DNA from: Cyanophora paradoxa CCMP329
Taxonomy: Eukaryota > Plantae > Glaucophyta
NCBI GenBank assembly: GCA_004431415.1
Contig: QPMI01000522.1
Span: 62,001-126,000 of the forward strand
Length of the DNA: 64,000 nt
Direction: 5' to 3'
Shown here: positions 1 through 11,600 of the stretch, one piece after another
How positions within the stretch are numbered: the stretch's first letter is position 1
Layout of the letters: each line of letters begins with the position of its first letter
Translations under genes and position numbers: made by a program
The notes under the pieces: model-generated
The model's input: the letters and a program-made list of their open reading frames with translations, nothing else
What the model was told of the DNA's origin: nothing
The model's database searches: none

Positions 1-1237
1 CCGCAGGGCGCCGCCTCGATGACGCAGATTTCGAACCTCTTCGCGGACGAGGTCCTCAAGATGACCAGTGCGCCCGCCCGCCCCGAGGCCCCCCGTACCC
101 CTCTCTCCCTTCCCTCACATGCACCCCCGCCAGACCTGGAGATCGGGCTGCTTGCGCTGGAGGCTGTGATCTGCCTCCTGTCGGGCGCCGCCGCCGTCGT
201 CATCATGATCCGGTGCGGCACGGCGGGCCCGGGCCAGGGCGTAGGGCGGGGCCGGGCCTGTTCTGACCGCCGCGCGCCGCGGCCGCGTGCAGGGCCTTCA
301 ACCTGTCCATCCGGGCGACGATGATTATCTCGCTCTTCTCGTTCGGCGTCTTCTGCGCGTACTTCGTCGTGGGCATGGCGCCCGACATCTCCTGGGGCGT
401 CAAGTCGCGCATGGAGATGTACGTCCTCGTCGGCCTCGCCTCGCTCTCGGGCGGCGCCGTCCTCGCGCTCGGGCGCGGCATCCTCTCCTCCATGCTCCCC
501 GCCTCTCTCGAGTGCGAGTTCTTCGGGTACATCGGCGTCATCTACAACCTGGCTGGCCTCATCCTCCCCGGCATCAACACGGCGATCATCAACGCGACGA
601 ACAACCTCCGCCTCTGCTTCCTCGCCACCTCTGTCGCATTCACCTTCTCCGGCGTCGCCATGATGTTCGTCCACATCGAGGCCGGCGTGCAGGACGCCGC
701 CGAGGCGCGTGCCCGCCCTTTCTAACTAAACTCAACTAAAGAACTAACTAACCAACTACCGGCTAACAGGTTACCAACGACCTCGCCGACCACGGCTCGC
801 TGGAGGAGGTCATGGACGCCGTGCCGATGACCAAGTGGCTCCGCCGCCGCCGCTCGGTGCTGGTCCAGCCCCCCGGGCGCGCCGCCGCCGCCGGCGAGGA
901 GGAGGTGCCCATCCTCGCCGAGACGCCCACCACCGAGAAGTCGGCGCGGCTCAAGCCGGCGGCCGAGCCCGTCGTCGTCTACTCAGAGGCGCCGACCCTG
1001 GCCATCGACTCGCGCTCCTCCTTCGCCGCCGCCGCCGGCGGGGGCGCCCGCCGCCTCTCGGGCGCCGTCGCCTCCTCCTCCGGGGCCAGCTCGGCCGGCG
1101 TCTCCTCGCCCATGCAGCCGGCCGCCCTCGAGGCGGCCGACCGGTCCTCCCCGCCCGGCGACGGGATCGTCGCGATGGGTCCCGACGCCGACGCCCCGGC
1201 GACCCTCCTCTCCGATCCGGAGGGCACCGCCGCGTAG
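1..1237 (+). CDS. Atg22/UMF1-like major facilitator superfamily transporter, 3' part (5' end outside the window; spliced)
   Basis: Spliced exons give GAASMTQISNLFADEVLKM..LEIGLL.., several hydrophobic helices and GRGILSSMLPASLECEFFGY..LPGINTAIINATNNLR, resembling the C-terminal half of Atg22. A probable GC-AG intron (~705-769) joins to the low-complexity tail ending at TAG 1237. Confidence 0.6.
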
Positions 1238-2049
1238 GACCTCTTCAGTGGTGCGTTCTCCGAGATTGCAGTTGCGCCACATACCTTTTCTTGAGTTTGC
1301 AATGTATATCATTTTACACGCGCGTCCGGATCCTAGTTTCATTTGCCTGCTGCTATACTATACATGATAGGTCGTAGAGTACGTTTATATGCACATGTAA
1401 ACCTTACGCGTAGCTTAGTGTCGGGGTTCCGCCCCCTTAAGACTTCTCACGAATCCTGAATCATGACCCCCCTCGGAGGCGTGTACTCCTGTTGCGTCCG
1501 TTCTCCCGCAGTTCATTCCAGCAGACTCTTATTCGAGCACAGCTTCACGTATGTGCGTTAGAATTAGTTTTCTTCCGCCAGCGTATACGTAGCTGGTGCG
1601 CTTCCATTTGGTGTCAGGATCGACACACATCTTGTATGCCGTATGGCGATTTAATGAACTTCGAAAGATCCGTTCTTTTACGGTTCGGATTCCGAAGCTC
1701 CCGATATCGATCGCGATCATCGGATCAAGATACACGAGAGTCAAGACCCACCGTGGCACTGGACTAGGCCGCGATCGCGAGCGCTAGCCGGCGCCGCTGA
1801 GCGTATACGTAACTGGTTGCCCCGGCCGCGGGCCCGGCCGCCGCGGCGCGGCGCCGGCACCGGCGCGCGAGCAACCGGCCGGGCCGGGTTTGGACTTCGA
1901 ATTCATTTGCAAGTTCAATATTAAGATTAATGGTTTCGAATTCGAATTCAATGCTAGCGCTCGAATTCGAAGCTTAAGATTTGCCCAGTCCTAGCGGAGG
2001 GGTACTTGTTCGTTGTCAGCGAAGCAGCCGCCGACCGAAGCACGCGAAA

Positions 2050-3517
2050 ATGCCCGGCATCCTCGATTTCCTGAAGCCCGGCGTCGTTACCGGAGACAAC
2101 CTCATCAAGCTCCTGCGCTATGCTCAGGAGCACGAGTTCGCAATCCCCGCCGTGAACTGCACGTCCTCGAGCAACATCAATGCCGTTCTCGAGGCCGCCA
2201 AGGAGGCGAAGGCGCCCATCATGATCCAGTTCTCGAACGGCGGCGGCGCGTTCTACGCGGGCAAATCGATCACTTCTGATGGCCAGAAGGCGGCGATTCT
2301 GGGCTCCATCTCGGGCGCGCTCCACGTCCGCACGATGGCTGAGCACTACGGCGTGCCGGTTGTCCTGCACACGGACCACTGCGCGAAGAAGCTCCTCCCC
2401 TGGCTCGACGGTGTGATCGAGGCCGGTGCGTCCTCTCCGCGCGCCTCTTCTGACGTTTAGGATCGGTCATTTAGCATGTGTTTGTGGCTTCGCGCGTGCG
2501 GTCATGCGATCTGCCGCGGCGGAAGCGCCGGTGTTGCCTTTTTCCGTGCGTTGATGTCCTTTCGTCTCCTGCAGACGAGAAGTACTTCCGCGACCACGGC
2601 GAGCCCCTCTTCAGCTCTCACATGATCGATCTCTCGGAGGAGCCGCACAAGGAGAACGTCGAGATCACCGCGAAGTACCTGCAGCGCCTCAAGGCCGTCA
2701 ATGGCTTCCTCGAGATGGAGATCGGCATCACTGGCGGCGAGGAGGACGGCGTCAACAACGAGGGCATCGACAACTCTAAGCTCTACACCCAGCCCGAGGA
2801 CATTGACCTCGTGTACCGCACCCTCAACCCCATCTCCCCGGCCTTCTCGGTCGCCGCTGCTTTCGGCAACGTGCACGGCGTGTACGCCGCGGGCAACGTT
2901 AAGCTCTCGCCCGAGATCCTCGGCAACGCGCAAACCTACGTCGCTCAGAAGCACAACCTCAAGGAGAAGAAGGTCCGTCCCAGATCCTGGCCCGCCGATC
3001 ACTGCGCGCGGCCCTCGTTGAAGTTCCGGTGACGTACTCAGCCTGTTCTCTTCGTCTTCCACGGCGGCTCGGGCTCCGAGAAGGCGAAGATCCACGAGGC
3101 CATCCGGTACGCTGGTTCTTTTCCCATGTGCCGCCTGCGCTTCGCTGACGGCCCTCCTCGCAGCCACGGCGTGGTCAAGATGAACGTCGACACTGATTTG
3201 CAGTGGGCGTACTGGAACGGCATTCGCGTGCGTTAATACCGCTTTCCCGTCCCTTGCCTGTTCCTGATTGCGCCTTTCGCAGGAATTCTACGCCAAGAAG
3301 AAGGACTACCTGCAGGGCCAGCTTGGCAACCCCGAGGGCGAGGACAAGCCGAACAAGAAGTTCTACGACCCGCGCGTCTGGCTCCGCGAGGCGGAGAAGG
3401 TGCCGCCCGACCGGCGCCGCGGCGGTCTGCGCCCCGTCGCCTCACGCGGCCGCGCAGACCATGATTACCCGCGTGAAGGAGGCTCTCACCGATCTCAACT
3501 GCGTCAACCGCCTGTAA
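2050..3517 (+). CDS. FBA: Fructose-bisphosphate aldolase class II (yeast/E. coli FbaA type), 6 exons, probably cytosolic
   Basis: Motifs FAIPAVN, LHTDHCAKKLLPW, FSSHMIDLSEE, EIGITGGEEDGV, AAAFGNVHGVY, VFHGGSGS, VVKMNVDTD, PNKKFYDPRVWLR. Five GT-AG introns restore the frame. No N-terminal extension. Confidence 0.96.
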
Positions 3518-4180
3518 AGCGTGCATCATGGCATGCGGCGCACTAGCGCCCTCGGACAGGCCCAGCCGCCATTCGAAGGGCGGCGAATATGGTATGTACA
3601 GGAAAAGAAACAGTTGCAGTATCTAATTTAACGTAAAAGCCGTGTCCACGCTGTCCACGCTGCCCCTGCATGCTACCACAGCGCTCATGTGACCATCGGA
3701 TCGCATTGCATGCACTGCGGCATGCATATGCATACTATGATATGCATGTTCGAGTATTAATTTTCAGAATTTCCCGGATTGAGTCTAGATATCGATTGGC
3801 ATCATCAGTGGGTGTGCGCATATATATGCATCATGATCATAACTTAAAATTCAAAAAATAACACTAATAGTTTAATATATCAATTAATAGTTTAATATAT
3901 CAGTTGCAGGCACTGTGCTGGAGCATCACAAGAAACGCATATGGGTCTGAGCGAAGCAGATCAAATCTACCACTAGTCCTGGACCTCCCTACCCTATGCA
4001 GGTCTAAACAAATCATAGTCTACAGGGGCACGCTGACTGTTGAAAATACTTTACAGTTGCGAGAATATTAGGCGGACCATAAACCACAGTGCCTCACTCA
4101 CCGTGAAGCGGAAAAAGGAGCGCGGACCAAAAAAACACGGATCCGGCGCCCGAAAATAGGGGACCGCGCACGGCGGACCC

Positions 4181-5611
4181 TCACGCCGTCTCGCGGTGCG
4201 TTTGGGCGGCGACGGTCGCGGCCGCTTCGGAAGACGACCGCGGCGCGGCGCTGGCGCCGTCGTTGCGAGGCCCGCGGGTGCGCATGCGGGAGATCACTGC
4301 GTGCCAGGCCGCGGCGACGAGGTCGACGAGCGAGCTGCCGAGGAGCAGGGCGATCGTGCACGCCGCGATCGTGATGAGCGCCGCGCCGCCGCCCGTCTCC
4401 GACAGGAGCCCTGGCCGCGCGGAAGGTCGGAGCGGATCAGAACAGGAACAGGACGGGCGAGAACGACCCGAGCGACGCCCGGGGCGCACCGAGGCTAAAG
4501 GCGTACGCGAGGCCGTAGAAGAGGATCTGGGCGCCCGAGACGGCCAGCGCGACGCCGTTCATGAAGCGGGCGGCGTGCGGGCGCGACCAGAGGAGGTACG
4601 CGAAGAAGGCGCCCTCGACGCCGGCGCACGCGAGCGCCTGCGGGCCGGCCGCCTCCAGCGCGAACATGCACACGCACGTCACGAGGAACTTGAGGAGCCG
4701 CAGCGCTGCGCAAAGAGAATCGGCGTCAGCTAAAAGCTGAAAGCCGAAAGCTGAGGTGCGCGGGGCGCGCGTACCCCCGCAGAGGAACGCGAGGCGACGG
4801 AGGCGGAAGGGCGAGTAGACGGGGGAGAGGGCCGGCAGCAGGTCGAAGGCGCGGAGCCCGTGGCGGAGGGCGCGGGCGCGCGCCCAGCCCCGCGCCCCCG
4901 CCCCCGCCCCGCTCGCCCGACCCCGGGCCCCGAAGGCGCGGCGGCGGCGGCGGCGGCGAGGCCCGCGGGCCCGAGGGACCGCCGGGGCGGCGGCCGCTCC
5001 TCCGGGGCCGGCGGCCGACTTGGCGTCGAGCTCCTCGGCCGGGGCCACGCGGCGAGCACGGCCAGCGCCGCCGCCGAGTCGTACACGTCGGCCGCGCCGC
5101 CGTTGCCGTCCGAAACCGTCCCCTCGTCGTCCTCCGCGTCGCCGCCGCCGCCGGGCCGCCCCGCCCCGCCCTTCCCCGCCGCCTTGGGCGCCGCCGCCGC
5201 GAGCTTCAGATCCGCGAAGGCATCGGAAGAAGCGGTGGCGGTCGCCGCCGGCGGAGCAGGAGGAGGAGGGGAGGCGCGCGCCGCGCGTCGTCGTCCGAGT
5301 CTGAGGCGTCGCCTCGCTCGCCGCGGGCGCCAGGCGCCCGCCGCCGCGTCAGGGCCGCCGCGGCCGCCGCCGCCGCCTTGCGCGCGGCGCGGGCGGCACG
5401 CGAGAAGAAGTGGAGCAGCGCGCCGCGGGCGCGCCGGAGGGCGGCGGGGCCGCGGGGGCCGCCCGCCGCCTCCGCGCCCTCCTCGCCGCCCTCGCCCTCG
5501 CCGCCCACGCGGTAGCGCGAGGCGGCGCGGCCGACGAAGCGCTGCGGGTCGCGCCAGCCGCCCCACTCGTCGAGCACGGGGTGGACGGAGCGGCCCTCGG
5601 CGCGCCCCGCC

Positions 5612-5643
<32 letters not shown>

Positions 5644-8600
5644 CGTCGCGGCGAAGTCGCCGTCGGCCACGTCGCTGACGATCCAGAGGCCCAGGGCGGG
5701 GTCCTGCAGGGGGCCCAGCGCGCCCGTGACGGGGCCCAGCCGCCCCGCCCCGCCCTCCTCCTCCTCCACCGGCGCAGCGCGGGACCGGTGGAGGGGCACA
5801 GCCCCGACTGCGGCGGGAAGGTCAGGCGAGGCGATGCGGGGGCGGGGACGCGGGCTGGCGCGCACCCTCGCCCGGGGCCGGCGACGGGGCGGCGCGGCGG
5901 GTGTTCGCCACGTTCTGTGATGGGAGGTGCGGGAAGGGCGCCGGCGGCGGGGGCGGCCGCGGGCTCGGGGCCCGGGGCAGCTCCGGCAGCTTGAGGCCCG
6001 GCAGGGCAACCGCGGCCGCCACCTTGACGGCCGGCGGGGCCGGCACGCGCAGCGGGGGCGCCGGGGCGGGGCGGGGGGCGCCCGCGGCCTGCCCGCGGCC
6101 CGCTGCTCGGGGCGCCGCGCCGTTCGCCCGGCGCCTTCGGGGCGCCGACAGGCCGCGGGCGCCGCGGCCCGTCGGGCGTCCGGGGGCGAAAAGCGTCCAA
6201 AAGGACCGCCGTCGGGTCCGGGCGGCGCCCGGCGCCGCCGGGCGGTCGCCGGGCTTGGGGCGCCGACGGGCCGCGGGCGGCGGGGCCCGTCGGGCGGGTG
6301 CGGGCCGCGGGGCCCGAGCCTCGCCAGGGCGCGCACCGCCGCCCACGCCGCCGCCGCCGCCCCGTGCGCACCGGACCCGGACGCGCCCTCCTCCTCCTCC
6401 TCCTTCTCGCGGCCCTCAACGCCCTCCTCGGGGGTATCCTCCCTCGGAAGGGGCGCGGAGGGTACGACGATGCGGTCGGGCACGGGGAACGCGAGGAGGT
6501 CGACGATCTCGCCGGCCTCGTGACCCTGCGCCCCGCTGCCCGTGGAGGGGCGCGTCGTCGCGCCGCTGCCGGCCGCGCTCTCGCCGCGCGACGTGAGGAC
6601 GACGCCGTACCCATCGCCCCCGCCCCCGCCCTCCTCTGACTCGCTGCCGCTGCTGCTGTTGTCGGCCGAGCGGATCGCCGAGCCGCGCCGCACGCGGTTG
6701 GCCTCGAACGCGGTGCGTCGGAAAGGCGAAACGGCGTCGCCCCCGCGCATCGCGTCCTCGACGGGCACCGAGGTGACCGGCGGCGCCCTCGGCTTGGGCT
6801 TGGGCTTGGGATTGGGCTTGGGCGGCTCCTCCGCCGGGGGCGCCTCCCCGTCCGCCCCCTTGAGGTTCGCCCGGTCCCGGGGGGCCTCCGCCTTGCCGCT
6901 CCCGGCGCCCGCCTCGGAAGCCGCCGGCTCGCCGGCCGCCTCGCCGCCCGCCTTGTCGGGCTTCTCGCCCACCCGGTAGCGGTCCGCGACACGCGCCCAC
7001 GCGATCCGGTGCGCGCCGCCCGCGGCCGCCTTTGCCGACGCCGGCGCCGGCGCGACCTTCGCGCTCGTTTCGCCGTTCTTGCCGAGGCGCGCCTGAGGGA
7101 GGTGCCGGGGGTCAGGAGGGCGCGTGCGTGGGGCGGGCGTGCGGGCGGCTCACGAGGAGCGCTGCAACCGTCGACAAGGGGCGGCCCCGCCGGCGCCGGC
7201 GCCGGCGGCGGCGGCCTGCCGGCGGCGCCGGATGGCGAGCAGGAGGCCCTTGCCGCGCAGGCGGCGACTCAGGATCCAGACGATGCCGAGGACGTAGAGG
7301 GCGGGCCCGAGGGCGAGGAATGTCGCGGCGGCGGCGACGAGGGGGCGCGAGCCGGTGCGGAAGACGGAGGCCGCCGCGAAGCAGACGCCGGGGTAGCACG
7401 CCGAGATCGCCATCAGCTCGGGCTTGGGGAACTCCATCGCTGCGGGCCGGGCGGGCGGGCGGGCTCAGAGGGGCAGCTCAGAGGGGAAGGGAGGAGCGGC
7501 GTGCCTGGGAGGATCCCCACGCAGAAGCGCGCGAAGCCCGACTGCGGGGCGCCGGCACGCTGGCGGCGGCGCATGCGGAGGATGAGGCGGCGGGCGAGGG
7601 GCCGCGCCCCCGCGACGAAGAGGAGGACGAAGACGGAGGTGAGGACGTTGTTCGCCCAGCGCGCCGACGCCTGCCGATCCCTCGCGGCGCTGTCGCCGCC
7701 GGTGGCGGCGCGCAGGCCGCGGCGGCGGAGGCTGCGGGCGGCGGGCGGCGCGTCGCCGTCCGAGGCGCGGATCGGGCTGTCCTCGCTGGAGAGGAGGGAC
7801 CACGAGAAGGTCGACGCGAACTCGCGGTAGCCGCCGGGGAGCAGGCTCGGGTCGAACTCGTTCGTGAGGCCGACCCATCTGCGCGGCCGCCGGCGTCAGG
7901 CGCGGCGCGAGCGAGGGAGGAGGGCGGGCAGATTGGGCGGGCGGGCGGGCGCACTGGATCTGCGATAGGAGCATGAAGGCGGCGGCGGAGGCGGTGCTGG
8001 TCGTGGCTCGGACGGCGGCGGCGGAGACGGCGGCCACGGTCGAGGACGCGCCGCTGCGGGGTGGGAGCGGTCAGACGGAGAGGAAAGCACGGCGTTCCAC
8101 GGGGCTAACCTGGTGGCGACGCTCGCGGCCGTGGCCGTGCCCATCGCGGCGGCCGACAGCACGTTCGCCGTCTTGCCCAGCGGCGCCGCGAACTCGACCG
8201 TCACGTTCGACACGGCCGAGGCGCTCGCCGCCATTGGGACTGGCGTCGTTCGGTTGGCGGCGGGTGCCGCCGGCGTGGCCGAGGGCGTGCCCGAGGGAAG
8301 CGGAGATGGAGAGGCGCGGGCCCAGAACGGGCTGGGCGAGGCCGAGGGGACAGATGCCGGCATTGGAGACGCCGTGAGGTTGGAGGAGAGAGAAGGCGAA
8401 GGACTCGGCAAAGCCGAAGGGCGTGCGAGCGATGTCGGGGACGGGCTCGGCCTCCCTGTTGTAGATGGGCTGGGCGACGGGCTCGGGCTGGGCGACGGGC
8501 TCGGGCTGGGCGACGGGCTCGGGCTGGGCGACGGGCTCGGGCTGGGCGACGGGCTCGGGCTGGGCGACGGGCTCGGGCTGGGCGACGGGCTCGGGCTGGG

Positions 8601-11600
8601 CGACGGGCTCGGGCTGGGCGACGGGCTCGGGCTGGCGACGGGCTCGGGCTGGGCGACGGGCTCGGGCTGGGCGACGGGCTCGGGCTGGGCGACGGGCTCG
8701 GGCTGGGCGACGGGCTCGGGCTGGGCGACGGGCTCGGGCTGGGCGACGGCTCGGGCTGGGCGACGGGCTCGGGCTGGGCGACGGGCTCGGCTGGCGACGG
8801 CTCGGCTGGGCGACGGGCTCGGGCTAGGCGACGGGCTCGGGCTGGGCGACGGGCTCGGGCTGGCGACGGGCTCGGGCTGGGCGACGGGCTCGGGCTGGGC
8901 GACGGGCTCGGGCTGGGCGACGGGCTCGGGCTGGGCGACGGGCTCGGGCTGGGCGACAGGCTCGGGCTCGGCGTCTGCGTCGGCAACGCGCTCGGCGACG
9001 GGGTGACCCCAGAGGACGGGCTCGGGCTCGGCGTCTGCGTCGGCGACGCGCTCGGCGACGGGGTGACCCCAGAGGACGGGCTCGGGCTCGGCGTCTCCGT
9101 CGGCGACGCGCTCGGCGACGGGGTGACCCCAGATGAAGGGCTCGGGCTCGGCGTCTCCGTCGGCGACGCGCTCGGCGACGGGGTGGCCCCAAAGGACGGG
9201 CTCGGGCTCGGCGTCTGCGTCGGCGACGCGCTCGGCGACGGGGTGACCCCAGAGGACGGGCTCGGGCTCGGCGTCTCCGTCGGCGACGCGCTCGGCGACG
9301 GGGTGACCCCAGAGGAAGGGCTTGGGCTCGGCGTCTGCGTCGGCGACGCGCTCGGCGACGGGGTGACCCCAGAGGACGGGCTCGGGCTCGGCGTCTCCGT
9401 CGGCGACGCGCTCGGCGACGGGGTGACCCCAGAGGACGGGCTCGGGCTCGGCGTCTCCGTCGGCGACGCGCTCGGCGACGGGGTGACCCCAGAGGACGGG
9501 CTCGGGCTCGGCGTCTCCGTCGGCGACGCGCTCGGCGACGGGGTGACCCCAGAGGACGGGCTCGGGCTCGGCGTCTCCATCGGCGACGCGCTCGGCGACG
9601 GGGTGACCCCAGATGAAGGGCTCGGGCTCGGCGTCTCCGTCGGCGACGCGCTCGGCGACGGGGTGACCCCAAAGGACGGGCTCGGGCTCGGCGTCTGCGT
9701 CGGCGACGCGCTCGGCGACGGGGTGACCCCAAAGGACGGGCTCGGGCTCGGCGTCTGCGTCGGCGACGCGCTCGGCGAAGGGGTGACCCCAGAGGACGGG
9801 CTCGGGCTCGGCGTCTGCGTCGGCGACGCGCTCGGCGACGGGGTGACCCCAGAGGACGGGCTCGGGCTCGGCGTCTGCGTCGGCGACGCGCTCGGCGACG
9901 GGGTGACCCCAGAGGACGGGCTCGGGCTCGGCGTCTCCGTCGGCGACGCGCTCGGCGACGGGGTGACCCCAGAGGACGGGCTCGGGCTCGGCGTCTGCGT
10001 CGGCGACGCGCTCGGCGACGGGGTGACCCCAGAGGAAGGGCTCGGGCTCGGTGTCTCCGTCGGCGACGCGCTCGGCGACGGGGTGACCCCAGAGGACGGG
10101 CTCGGGCTCGGCGTCTGCGTCGGCGACGCGCTCGGCGACGGGGTGACCCCAAAGGACGGGCTCGGGCTCGGCGTCTGCGTCGGCGACGCGCTCGGCGAAG
10201 GGGTGACCCCAGAGGACGGGCTCGGGCTCGGCGTCTCCGTCGGCAACGCGCTCGGCGACGGGGTGACCCCAGAGGACGGGCTCGGGCTCGGCGTCTCCGT
10301 CGGCGACGCGCTCGGCGACGGGTGACCCAGAGGACGGGCTCGGGCTCGGCGTCTGCGTCGGCGACGCGCTCGGCGACGGGGTGACCCCAGAGGACGGGCT
10401 CGGGCTCGGCGTCTGCGTCGGCGACGCGCTCGGCGACGGGGTGACCCCAGAGGACGGGCTCGGGCTCGGCGTCTCCGTCGGCGACGCGCTCGGCGACGGG
10501 TGACCCAGAGGACGGGCTCGGGCTCGGCGTCTGCGTCGGCGACGCGCTCGGCGACGGGGTGACCCCAGAGGACGGGCTCGGGCTCGGCGTCTCCGTCGGC
10601 GACGCGCTCGGCGACGGGGTGACCCAGAGGACGGGCTCGGGCTCGGCGTCTGCGTCGGCGACGCGCTCGGCGACGGGGTGACCCAGAGGACGGGCTCGGG
10701 CTCGGCGTCTCCGTCGGCGACGCGCTCGGCGACGGGGTGACCCCAGAGGACGGGCTCGGGCTCGGCGTCTCCGTCGGCGACGCGCTCGGCGACGGGGTGA
10801 CCCCAGAGGACGGGCTCGGGCTCGGCGTCTGCGTCGGCGACGCGCTCGGCGACGGGGTGACCCCAGAGGACGGGCTCGGGCTCGGCGTCTGCGTCGGCGA
10901 CGCGCTCGGCGACGGGGTGACCCCAGAGGACGGGCTCGGGCTCGGCGTCTGCGTCGGCGACGCGCTCGGCGACGGGGTGACCCCAGAGGACGGGCTCGGG
11001 CTCGGCGTCTCCGTCGGCGACGCGCTCGGCGACGGGGTGACCCCAGAGGACGGGCTCGGGCTCGGCGTCTGCGTCGGCGACGCGCTCGGCGACGGGGTGA
11101 CCCCAGAGGAAGGGCTCGGGCTCGGTGTCTCCGTCGGCGACGCGCTCGGCGACGGGGTGACCCCAGAGGACGGGCTCGGGCTCGGCGTCTGCGTCGGCGA
11201 CGCGCTCGGCGACGGGGTGACCCCAAAGGACGGGCTCGGGCTCGGCGTCTGCGTCGGCGACGCGCTCGGCGAAGGGGTGACCCCAGAGGACGGGCTCGGG
11301 CTCGGCGTCTCCGTCGGCAACGCGCTCGGCGACGGGGTGACCCCAGAGGACGGGCTCGGGCTCGGCGTCTCCGTCGGCGACGCGCTCGGCGACGGGGTGA
11401 CCCCAGAGGACGGGCTCGGGCTCGGCGTCTGCGTCGGCGACGCGCTCGGCGACGGGGTGACCCCAGAGGACGGGCTCGGGCTCGGCGTCTGCGTCGGCGA
11501 CGCGCTCGGCGACGGGGTGACCCCAGAGGACGGGCTCGGGCTCGGCGTCTCCGTCGGCGACGCGCTCGGCGACGGGGTGACCCCAGAGGACGGGCTCGGG

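Noticed and set aside
1380-1820. Possible small transposon between the MFS gene and aldolase (repeated GCGTATACGTA(G/A)CTGGT)
   Set aside because: No convincing terminal inverted repeats or TSD could be identified by eye.
4730-7976. Numerous overlapping Arg/Pro/Gly-rich ORFs on both strands
   Set aside because: Expected from very high GC and stop-codon scarcity. Only one minus-strand path gives sensible TM and loop sequence.
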